Program-made: the position numbers and the translations under genes
Notes under the pieces: generated by a model
The model's input: only the letters and a program-made list of their open reading frames with translations
Told to the model about the DNA's origin: nothing
The model's database searches: none
From: a virus
DNA: 64,000 bases
Virus record (IMG/VR): IMGVR_UViG_3300043436_003324
Direction: 5' to 3' (one strand)
Part shown: one piece after another, positions 9,742 through 17,934 of the stretch
How positions within the stretch are numbered: position 1 is the first letter of the stretch
Layout of the letters: the number at the start of each line of letters is the position of its first letter

Positions 9742-10082
9742 GATATTTTTAAACCATCTGAAGATAAGATATACCAATTACCTTGAACAAATTGGAATTG
9801 GACACAAGATCCTTTTTCTAAAAGTAATTCATCCCACTCTTCATCTATCATACCCATATCAGGTTTTACTAAAACTGAAGTTAATGATTTAACAACAATT
9901 CTTTTTGTAACCGTAGAATTTAAAGTTACCTCAGAATTTGAAACTCCTCTTACTATTAAGAGGGTTTCATCGTTTGTGGTGTACTTATCTTTAGAAATGA
10001 TTAACGACTTGTCTTGTTCTTTTGGTGGATCAATAGACGTTTGATATTTAATAACATTTTTTCTTTGTGGTGTATTTGTCAT
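9738..10082 (-). CDS. Hypothetical beta-rich protein (114 aa), possibly structural
   Basis: Coupled to the neck gene by an ATGA overlap. Its stop shares the palindrome TTAA (9738-9741) with the polymerase stop. It ends in GNWYILSSDG. Confidence 0.65.
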   Translation of the reverse strand: MTNTPQRKNVIKYQTSIDPPKEQDKSLIISKDKYTTNDETLLIVRGVSNSEVTLNSTVTKRIVVKSLTSVLVKPDMGMIDEEWDELLLEKGSCVQFQFVQGNWYILSSDGLKIS

Positions 10083-11206
10083 ATTACATAAATTTGTCTT
10101 GGCATGGCTCTAAATTTAAGAGTCTTGTTTAAGTTTTCCGCAATTAACGCTTCTCTTTCCATTACCTTTTCCGGTTTTAATCTTGTGAGTCTACCTTCAG
10201 TACCAATCAATTCGTCAAGTAATTTAGTTTTTTCATCTTTACCTTCCGTAGCCAATGACTGATAATCCATAGTAAGATCACCATCAGGAGCCTTTAAATT
10301 ACCACTAAACTTACCTCTTACTTTTGATAATAATTCTTTCGCCGACGCCACAAACCACCTTCTAACCCAAATTTGTGACGGGTTATTTAGTTCGGTCCAA
10401 CTTACTCTTTCAAAGGGAACATCAGAAGGCATTTTAATTATATCTGGATTCTCTTTTAAACATCTGTCTCTATCGTTTTCGTTTGTTGGATAATACCAAT
10501 ACCAAACCTTACCTTTTGCTAATGTTGAGTTACCAAAATCAAATTTACTACCGGGAGTATTCATTAAGTGAATTGCCTTTTTACCTCCAGGTAATGCGGT
10601 AATCCTATACGTCAAATCCCCAACAATAATTCTTCTTTGTATATTAATTTCTTGCATTCTTAATAACATATCAAAAGCCGGCATCATAAAGTAACTACCT
10701 GCCATATTACCCATTTGAGCAAGACCTCCACCACCTCCAAGTCCACCACCGACACCTAAAGAACCAAAAGACCATGGATCAAACATTGTATTGTTTAAGG
10801 TTGCAGGACTGAACCATAAAAGTTCATTAATTTCTCTACCTGCAGGTATTTCATATATTTGTTGATTAGGAACTAATTGGATGTAATCTTTTTTCATTAC
10901 AGAATCTCCTCCTGCCTGTAGTCCTACAATTTTAGAATATGCGTAAGTGTATCTTGTTTCATAATCTAAACTTTTTGTCATAAATGCGTTAGACAATGAT
11001 TGGGTCTCAACATTAAGACCCCAAAGACTTGTCCACTGACTCTCAATTAACCAATCTTGGATGTACTGAGAGTAGTCCTCAATAGAGAACTCTAATAAAG
11101 TGTCTAACTGTTCATCCTCAAGTTCAACAGATCTTAAAGGTGCTCCCAAGACATGTCGTACTCTCGTATATAGTCTTTCTCTTTCTTCATTACTTATTAT
11201 CGACAT
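10079..11206 (-). CDS. Neck / head-tail adaptor, T4 gp13-like
   Basis: N-terminal RHVLGAPLRSVELEDEQLDTLLE parallels T4 gp13 RRLGAPIINVELTPDQIYD. C-terminal ..GKF.G.L..P.G..T.D..L..EG..E motif. Confidence 0.8.
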   Translation of the reverse strand: MSIISNEERERLYTRVRHVLGAPLRSVELEDEQLDTLLEFSIEDYSQYIQDWLIESQWTSLWGLNVETQSLSNAFMTKSLDYETRYTYAYSKIVGLQAGGDSVMKKDYIQLVPNQQIYEIPAGREINELLWFSPATLNNTMFDPWSFGSLGVGGGLGGGGGLAQMGNMAGSYFMMPAFDMLLRMQEINIQRRIIVGDLTYRITALPGGKKAIHLMNTPGSKFDFGNSTLAKGKVWYWYYPTNENDRDRCLKENPDIIKMPSDVPFERVSWTELNNPSQIWVRRWFVASAKELLSKVRGKFSGNLKAPDGDLTMDYQSLATEGKDEKTKLLDELIGTEGRLTRLKPEKVMEREALIAENLNKTLKFRAMPRQIYVI

Positions 11207-11236
11207 AATGGTTGTTTTTATATAAATATCTTTATA

Positions 11237-13363
11237 TTAATTAATAAGTTGATATAACTCTTCATTGTAATACTTGATCATTTCAGTTATATTTTCAGAA
11301 TCGCCAAGTTCACGTAATTTATCTTTATAATATTGTATCCTTTCTCTATAGTACTCAATTTCTGTTTGGGTGTCTCTTGTAAGTTTAAGTTTTGATTCTA
11401 CCTTATCAGGCTCGACTATAACCTCAAAATCCATATTTGTTTTTAAAGGATTCTCGTAATATATTACAAAAAATTTAGGGAATGTTGTTGGGTTCGCAAC
11501 TGTTTGAATTCTCGCAAAATCATTTCTAAACATAACAAATTTTTCTTTTGGTCTATCAACATATAAAATAACATCAACGTTACTTTCAGTATATTTAGAA
11601 TGGTAATGCCAAGAAGGTACCTTATAATAGTATCCCCTCTCTGACCCAATCTTTTCAATTTTTTTATAATCAATTGGCTTTACCTGAATGTAATATGAGA
11701 CATTATCAATAACAACATCAAAGTCTTGACCTAATTTTCTATCCCTAACATCCCCAGCACACCTTTCTATAATATTCCAAGTAAGACCTTCCTCTTCAGG
11801 GTTTAACTTAAATGAAGTAACTAAAACTGACTTTGCATAATTCTCATTTGCTCTACCGTCAACTATTGTTTTTACGTTTAGATTCACCAATCTTTCAGTA
11901 AATCTTCCTTCATCCCCAACCAGTTCTCCCATGTTATTTGTAATCCATGTTCTAAAATTTTCTACGGAATTAGTTTCCTCTGACCAAATTTTTTGAATCT
12001 CTTTATGTACGGAACTATTCGTATCAAATCTATTTATAATAGACCAATTACCAATACCTCCATAATTTTGCTCAGTATATTTACCACCAATGATCCCTTC
12101 ATCAGTTTTACATTGTTCTGTCTCAATTTTTCCTAAACAACCGTTTGTGTGTTTTAAACCATCACATTTAGGGTAAGCATCGTTTATTAAACCTCTAAAA
12201 GATTTTGAGGTTAATGGGAAGACCTCTTTAGCTTCAGATAAAATAGAATCCTCAGTTAATGACTCATTTATGTTTTTTGTCCTACTTAAGTACAATTCAT
12301 TAACAAATTCCCAATTAACACTATTCCAAAAATTTTTAATGTATTCATCCCTTTTATTTTGATATTTTAAATAATACGAATGCTCCCAAAGATCAAGACC
12401 AAGTAGTGGATAACCACCGTCTTTTATAACGTTCATTAATGGATTATCTTGATTTGGTGTAGACATAATTTTTAATCTATTTGTCTTTGTTAAGAATAAC
12501 CAAACCCAACCAGAACCAAACCTTTTCTTTGCAACATCATTAAACTCATCTTTCATTTTTTTAATGTTACCGTATTGTTTGTTGATCTTTTCAAATACCT
12601 CTCCTTTAGGTATCTGTTTCTTTGGGGACAACATTTTCCAAAATAATGCGTGGTTAAATGCACCTCCGGCATTATTTCTTATGGTGTCATCATATTTACC
12701 AATTGATTTAATAATATCTTCTAACTCTAAATCACCATATTTTTTTTTAGATAAAGCGTCATTAAGTTTTTTTACATATCCTTTATAATGTTTATTATAG
12801 TGGATATCCATAGTTTTTGGATCAACAAATTGTTTTATTGCCGAATATGAATAAGGTAATTTATCAATACCAATCTTTTTCATTTCCATAATAAAGTTAT
12901 TTTTTATATTAACTTTATCGTAGATAATAATTTCCTCTTTTAGTAAATCAATTCTTTTATAGATTGTGCCGTACCCTTCATATATTATATTATCTAAATC
13001 AGGATTTTCTTTTTCAAAAGATTTAACTAAAGATCCTGACAATGAATTTGCTTCATCTTCATTTTGACCTCCGATATCTGGTCCCCTATCTCTGCCAATA
13101 ACATTTCTTTGATATGAATGAACCCATTCGTGAGCCAAAGTTCTTAAGATATCCCTATTCATTCTATTATTTATTAATACCTTAATACCCTTTTCTTTAT
13201 GTTGACTACCTGTTGTCATTCTGCCAATTTTTTCACCCATAAGATGGATAGTAATATCCTCTTTTAATTTGTGATTTTTTTGTAAAAATTTACAAAACTT
13301 CTTTAATAGATCGTTTTTCTTATCATCTATATTTGCCCCTATGTTTTTAAAAGTAACTTTCAT
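11237..13363 (-). CDS. Three-domain fusion: HExxH metalloprotease-like domain + Fe/Mn superoxide dismutase (Mn-type signature) + PD-(D/E)xK-like domain
   Basis: RTLAHEWVH at aa 78-82. The SOD domain at about aa 168-357 has TMDIHYNKHYKGY, NNAGGAFNHALFW, FGSGWVWL, NQDNP and LDLWEHSYY (all four metal ligands present). The C-terminal domain has DRKLGQD-x11-IQVK. Confidence 0.85.
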   Translation of the reverse strand: MKVTFKNIGANIDDKKNDLLKKFCKFLQKNHKLKEDITIHLMGEKIGRMTTGSQHKEKGIKVLINNRMNRDILRTLAHEWVHSYQRNVIGRDRGPDIGGQNEDEANSLSGSLVKSFEKENPDLDNIIYEGYGTIYKRIDLLKEEIIIYDKVNIKNNFIMEMKKIGIDKLPYSYSAIKQFVDPKTMDIHYNKHYKGYVKKLNDALSKKKYGDLELEDIIKSIGKYDDTIRNNAGGAFNHALFWKMLSPKKQIPKGEVFEKINKQYGNIKKMKDEFNDVAKKRFGSGWVWLFLTKTNRLKIMSTPNQDNPLMNVIKDGGYPLLGLDLWEHSYYLKYQNKRDEYIKNFWNSVNWEFVNELYLSRTKNINESLTEDSILSEAKEVFPLTSKSFRGLINDAYPKCDGLKHTNGCLGKIETEQCKTDEGIIGGKYTEQNYGGIGNWSIINRFDTNSSVHKEIQKIWSEETNSVENFRTWITNNMGELVGDEGRFTERLVNLNVKTIVDGRANENYAKSVLVTSFKLNPEEEGLTWNIIERCAGDVRDRKLGQDFDVVIDNVSYYIQVKPIDYKKIEKIGSERGYYYKVPSWHYHSKYTESNVDVILYVDRPKEKFVMFRNDFARIQTVANPTTFPKFFVIYYENPLKTNMDFEVIVEPDKVESKLKLTRDTQTEIEYYRERIQYYKDKLRELGDSENITEMIKYYNEELYQLIN

Positions 13364-13386
13364 TAAAAATAAATATCAAAAGAAAT

Positions 13387-13413
13387 AAAAAACCCCACCG
13401 TTATGGTAGGGTT
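13387..13413 (-). terminator. Rho-independent terminator of the 123-aa membrane-protein gene
   Basis: Minus strand reads AACCCTACC-ATAAC-GGTGGGGTT followed by a U tract (one G:U pair). Confidence 0.75.
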
Positions 13414-13845
13414 ATAAGATGAGAATATATTTTTTATTGTTTTTTTTCTTTAATTTTTGAATCTAATTTATCACAACGAGAATCTAAATTCCTTTGTAAT
13501 AGTGATAATTCATTTTGAAGTACTCTTTCGGTTTCCATAAACCTATAGTTTACCTGATCACCGTGATCATTTAAATTTGTTGATAATTCTTTATGCAATC
13601 TTTCAACATGATTGTTTAATTCAGAGATAGAGTTTACTCTTTCCCTTTCAATGTGGTCAATATAATCATGAAATGATTTAACCTCTGTAAAAAATGTGTC
13701 TTTACCAACCTTACCTTTTAACTTTAAAAACATAACCACAACTGAAGTAACAACTGCAACTACACCCAAAGTAGATAAAACTGATAGTAAAATAACTATT
13801 CCCATAATTTCTTTTTTTTTTAATGTTTATTAATTCTCATCTTAT
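13414..13845. repeat. Perfect 13-bp inverted repeat flanking the 13434..13805 gene
   Basis: ATAAGATGAGAAT at 13414-13426 and its exact reverse complement ATTCTCATCTTAT at 13833-13845. Confidence 0.85.
13434..13805 (-). CDS. Membrane-anchored coiled-coil protein (123 aa)
   Basis: One N-terminal hydrophobic segment (GIVILLSVLSTLGVVAVVTSVVVMFL) followed by KLKGK and a heptad-rich helical tail. Confidence 0.7.
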   Translation of the reverse strand: MGIVILLSVLSTLGVVAVVTSVVVMFLKLKGKVGKDTFFTEVKSFHDYIDHIERERVNSISELNNHVERLHKELSTNLNDHGDQVNYRFMETERVLQNELSLLQRNLDSRCDKLDSKIKEKKQ

Positions 13846-13849
13846 TAAT

Positions 13850-13858
13850 ATGATAACA
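13850..13858 (-). promoter_or_regulatory. Extended -10 promoter candidate for the 123-aa gene
   Basis: Minus strand TG-T-TATCAT. The predicted start site at about 13843-13845 coincides with the upstream inverted-repeat arm. Confidence 0.4.
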
Positions 13859-13878
13859 TATTAATTATTTTAATAAAC

Positions 13879-13904
13879 AAAAAACCCCACCTGTTAAGAT
13901 GGGG
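13879..13904 (-). terminator. Rho-independent terminator of the 101-aa gene
   Basis: Minus strand reads CCCCATCT-TAAC-AGGTGGGG then TTTTTT. It shares GGTGGGGTTTT with the terminator at 13387-13413. Confidence 0.75.
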
Positions 13905-13928
13905 AATATTAAATATTTTTTATTTTAT

Positions 13929-14234
13929 TTAGTATCTTCTTCTATTTAAAGATCTTCTTCTTGATTCTGCTTGTATTCCTTTTTCGTCCATAAGACCTTT
14001 TAATGCATTTGCAATATCCATTACTTGTTGATTTGCCTTTTGAAATTCATCAAAACACGATTTAATATTAGATGAAATTTCTCCTGTTGAGGTGTCTGTA
14101 CTTGGTTTACATGCTTCAGGAATATTTGAATATCCTTTTTCTTTAAAGATTGAGGTTAGTTCACTTTCTTCTTCCTCTTCTCTTAAAATTCTTCTTAAGA
14201 TATTCTCTATTTTTTTTGTACTATATCTATCCAT
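13929..14234 (-). CDS. Hypothetical protein (101 aa)
   Basis: ORF with an upstream TATTTAT motif (14250-14256) and its own terminator. The N-terminus contains RRILREEEEE. Confidence 0.7.
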   Translation of the reverse strand: MDRYSTKKIENILRRILREEEEESELTSIFKEKGYSNIPEACKPSTDTSTGEISSNIKSCFDEFQKANQQVMDIANALKGLMDEKGIQAESRRRSLNRRRY

Positions 14235-14274
14235 AATTAATTTTTTATTATAAATATCACATACATTTAAAATA

Positions 14275-16038
14275 TTAACGACGTTTGTTTATTAAAGATA
14301 AAATTTCTTCCACAACATCCCCTACGTTTTCCGATATCTCATCTCCCATCACAGTACTAATAATTTTTTTCTTATGATTTAAAATATCATAAACCGCACC
14401 CTCTATTGTATTTTCAAATAACGGGTAGTAGACTAATACATTATTTTTTTGACCGTATCTATATGCCCTATCTTCCGCTTGAGCGTGTTCCGCAGGTACA
14501 AAAGATAAGTCATTCATTATTACCGCCTCGGCTGAAGTCAAAGTTAACCCAACCCCCGCGGCCTTTAAGTTCCCAACAAATACGGTTATTTTTTCATTGT
14601 CTTGAAATTGGTCAACCGCAAATTGTCTTTGGACTTTGTTACAACTACCATCAAGATAAACCGCTTGTTTACCAAAATGTTGATATATTGTTTGTAGAGT
14701 GTCGGTAAAGTTTGTGAATATAATAACTTTTTTTCCCTGATCAATAATGTTTTCCACAAATTCTATAGTTTGTTTTACTTTTTCGTTTGAGATCACTTTT
14801 CTGACTTTCATTAATTTAGAAAACTGAACAGTTAATGAAGAAGACTCATTTGAGTTTTTATCAAACCATTCATAATATTCTCCCATTAAATCTTCATATT
14901 CTTTTGATTTTAATCTTAAATAAACAGGAGTAATAATTTTATCAGGTAAGTCTAACACTTCTTCCTTTAGTCTTCTTAAAATTTGTTTTGAGGTTCTATC
15001 CCTTAATTCCTCCAAATTGGATGCTCCCGTTACGTTCCAAACTTTTCTTTTTCCCGCAGTAAATTGGTATCCTTGACAATAACGAATAGCATAAGCCATC
15101 CAATTTTGTGCGACGGGACTTTCAATTATATTTAAAAGGTTATAGTAATTCATAGGTCTTGATGTCATCGGGGTTCCAGTTAACAACCAAACTCTTTTTA
15201 TAGTTTTAACGTAACTATTAATAATTTTAGTTCTTTGTGCTTGAGCGTTAGAAACCATATGTGCCTCATCTAAAATAACCAACTCAAATTCAGATTTAAA
15301 TAACAAAGAATTGTCCTTCTCCTTTGGATCGTGGAAATTTTTTAATATATCATAGTTTACAATTACAAAATCAGATTCAGTTGAAAACTTTTTTCCTTCC
15401 GCAATATAAACGGACCTGTCTGTATAATTTGCAATTTCTCTTTCCCAATTTATCTTAAGTGATGCGGGACAAATAATTAAAATCTTTTTTGCTCCCGTTT
15501 CTAATGCTGCGATAATAGTCGAGGTTGTTTTACCAAGTCCCATATCATCCGCTAATATAAACCTTCTTGATCCTGTTAATTTTTCAATAGCTTCTTTTTG
15601 ATGAGTTAATGGAGGCCTGTGGTCGTACTTTGAATAATCTATTGTTACCTCCTCAATAATGTGAGTTTTAATTAACGCCGATTTAGGAACCCAAAATTCA
15701 GATAAAGAATCAGTCTCAAAAAACTTACCCCATATATGGTAAGATTTTTCTTTCTCAACCAATAACTTCTCAACATATATTTTTTCAGGAACATTTAATA
15801 GGTATCGTTCTTCTGAAAACTTTTTTGCAAAGTAAGTATCTAAATCAACCCATTTCCTTGCTACCTTTGGTTTTACATTTTCATAATTAATTATGTAATC
15901 GGATTGAGACCTTGTTGGGTAGAATTTTTTATTAGTTTCTTTTTTTGTTTTAAGATACAATATATGGTTATTGGACCCACTATATGTATCCAAAATGTCC
16001 AAAGCTTGGTGTTCAATAATTTGTTTAATATTAGACAA
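14275..16038 (-). CDS. SNF2/SWI2-family (HARP/SMARCAL1-like) DEAH helicase
   Basis: Motif I LADDMGLGKT, II ILDEAH, III LTGTP, V AAGVGLTL, VI QAEDRAYRYGQ. TTG start. Confidence 0.93.
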   Translation of the reverse strand: MSNIKQIIEHQALDILDTYSGSNNHILYLKTKKETNKKFYPTRSQSDYIINYENVKPKVARKWVDLDTYFAKKFSEERYLLNVPEKIYVEKLLVEKEKSYHIWGKFFETDSLSEFWVPKSALIKTHIIEEVTIDYSKYDHRPPLTHQKEAIEKLTGSRRFILADDMGLGKTTSTIIAALETGAKKILIICPASLKINWEREIANYTDRSVYIAEGKKFSTESDFVIVNYDILKNFHDPKEKDNSLLFKSEFELVILDEAHMVSNAQAQRTKIINSYVKTIKRVWLLTGTPMTSRPMNYYNLLNIIESPVAQNWMAYAIRYCQGYQFTAGKRKVWNVTGASNLEELRDRTSKQILRRLKEEVLDLPDKIITPVYLRLKSKEYEDLMGEYYEWFDKNSNESSSLTVQFSKLMKVRKVISNEKVKQTIEFVENIIDQGKKVIIFTNFTDTLQTIYQHFGKQAVYLDGSCNKVQRQFAVDQFQDNEKITVFVGNLKAAGVGLTLTSAEAVIMNDLSFVPAEHAQAEDRAYRYGQKNNVLVYYPLFENTIEGAVYDILNHKKKIISTVMGDEISENVGDVVEEILSLINKRR

Positions 16039-16093
16039 AACTTTTTTTATAAAAAATAAACAAAAAAAAGATATTTATCAATAAAAGATTTAA

Positions 16094-16606
16094 ATGGATA
16101 ATAAAATTCCAATAACAAGGTTAGGTAAATTTTTTGGGGAAAAGGATTTTTCTCTTGAAATTTCTATGGGACAAGAATGGTTATATGGAGATATGAACTA
16201 TACTTGTGTTTTATATCGTGTTGATAGAATCAAAACAAAAATTGATGATGTTTACGGTGAAACTACTTCGGATAGTATTAATTTTTTACCTCCCGTTGAG
16301 TTTAATGCTTATGTTGGAATCGCAGCCCCTGAAAACAAACTTATGGGGTCAACTAAAATTGATCAGTTTGAACCAGGTAATATTACAATATCTGTTTATT
16401 TAAAAACTTTAGAAGAATTAAATATTGATATTAGTTTTGGTGATTATATTGGGTATTACGATACTGAGAATTTTGTGAGATATTATACAGTTGCTAATGA
16501 TGGACGTGTAATTTCCGACATAAAACACACATATAAAGGATTTAAACCTTTTTATAGAACAATAATTGCATCACCAGTAACGTCTAATGAATTTAGAGGA
16601 TTATAA
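16094..16606 (+). CDS. Head closure / neck protein, T4 gp14-like
   Basis: LYRVD..IDDVYGE..F.PPVEFNAYV..GDYIGY parallels gp14 YYVPR..DLIFGE..FAAYL..GDLIYF. It precedes a gp15-like gene and the sheath. Confidence 0.7.
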   Translation: MDNKIPITRLGKFFGEKDFSLEISMGQEWLYGDMNYTCVLYRVDRIKTKIDDVYGETTSDSINFLPPVEFNAYVGIAAPENKLMGSTKIDQFEPGNITISVYLKTLEELNIDISFGDYIGYYDTENFVRYYTVANDGRVISDIKHTYKGFKPFYRTIIASPVTSNEFRGL

Positions 16607-16615
16607 TAAAGAATT

Positions 16616-17647
16616 ATGGGATTACCAAAGAAAATAAAAAAACACATACCATTAGAATTTGGGGTTAGTCCTTTAGAAAGGAGACAACAACTTGCTGATA
16701 TGATTGGGGAACATGGTACTTTTTTACCTAAAGGTCTTTTACATGCGGATTTAGATAAAGGATTTTTAGAATTTGTTAAAGAAAACTTTTCAATAACAAT
16801 AGACGGTAAAAAAATATCTATGGTTGATATTTTAATAACAACCCAAAATTGGTCTCAGTTTACTGAAACTTGGAATTTTCAAAACATAGATAAAAATGCC
16901 GAACCTCCATTTGTAACTGTAGTAAGACAACCTGAAGTAAAGTTTGGGGACCCTCAAATAAAATATAACATTCCTAATAGAAGACTTTATCATTATGCTC
17001 AAGTACCAACATGGGACGGACAAAGACATGGTATGGATGTTTATAAAATACCACAACCAATTCCCGTACAAATAAATTATACTGTTATAATAATATGTAA
17101 CAGAATGAGGGAGATTAATGAATTTAATAAAGTGGTCATGCAAGTCTTTGCCTCAAGACAGGCATATCAAAAAATAAAAGGACACTATATTCCTATAATT
17201 ATGGGAGATGTTGCCGATGAATCGGTTTTGGATTTGGAGAAAAGAAAATACTATATTCAAAAATACCCAATGACGTTACAAGGGTTTCTTTTAGATGAGA
17301 ATGATTTTGTTGTGGAACCTGCGATTGTAAGAACAATGCAAGTTTATGAAACCGACACATCAATTAAAAAACGTAAACCTAAAAAAAATGATTTATTACC
17401 ACTTGATTTGACCTTTAACTATAAAGTGGGATCTGAATCATTTACGGATAAAATATTTTTTACAACGGATATGAAAGTTTCTAACACAGATAACGTTGAT
17501 TCGTATAGTATTTTTATTAATGGTGATTTTTATGGTAATAATATTACTGAGATACAAATCAATACGGGCGACATAATTAAAATTGATATTGTTAAGGACG
17601 ATATAACAAAGGATTCTAATTTAATTTTACAACAAAAGTTAATATAA
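16616..17647 (+). CDS. Tail terminator / sheath stabiliser, T4 gp15-like
   Basis: PQPIPVQINYTVIIICNRMREINEF..F..YIPI resembles the gp15 core. Synteny with the gp14-like gene and the sheath supports this. Confidence 0.65.
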   Translation: MGLPKKIKKHIPLEFGVSPLERRQQLADMIGEHGTFLPKGLLHADLDKGFLEFVKENFSITIDGKKISMVDILITTQNWSQFTETWNFQNIDKNAEPPFVTVVRQPEVKFGDPQIKYNIPNRRLYHYAQVPTWDGQRHGMDVYKIPQPIPVQINYTVIIICNRMREINEFNKVVMQVFASRQAYQKIKGHYIPIIMGDVADESVLDLEKRKYYIQKYPMTLQGFLLDENDFVVEPAIVRTMQVYETDTSIKKRKPKKNDLLPLDLTFNYKVGSESFTDKIFFTTDMKVSNTDNVDSYSIFINGDFYGNNITEIQINTGDIIKIDIVKDDITKDSNLILQQKLI

Positions 17648-17809
17648 TTATTCTCCGTAAACGTCTTTCTTTTCCTTACATTTTTCTATAATTAGATTCT
17701 CTAAAAACCTATACATTTTAATACCTCTTTTGTCACAATATTTTTTTAAAATTTCGTGAGCATCCTTATCAATTTTTAAATTTTTTATTTTTTTTGGTTC
17801 TTTATCCAT
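17648..17809 (-). CDS. Small ribbon-helix-helix (CopG/Arc-like) DNA-binding protein (53 aa)
   Basis: KNLKIDKDAHEILKKYCDKRGIKMYRFLENLI has a beta-strand with alternating basic/hydrophobic residues, then helix-G-helix. Start moved to the second Met (17809). Confidence 0.65.
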   Translation of the reverse strand: MDKEPKKIKNLKIDKDAHEILKKYCDKRGIKMYRFLENLIIEKCKEKKDVYGE

Positions 17810-17845
17810 AGGTAGAAAAAAGGCAGAAAAAAATCTTACCAAGAT

Positions 17846-17897
17846 ATAAATAGTTTGATATAAGTAAAGTTTTTGCGGAAAACACCGGTATTTATAT
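17846..17897. promoter_or_regulatory. Back-to-back TATTTAT motifs driving the RHH gene (-) and the sheath gene (+)
   Basis: TATTTAT on the minus strand at 17846-17852 and on the plus strand at 17891-17897, each 36-37 nt from its start codon. Confidence 0.5.
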
Positions 17898-17934
17898 ATA
17901 AAAATAAATTATAATAAATTAATATTAAAAAAAT

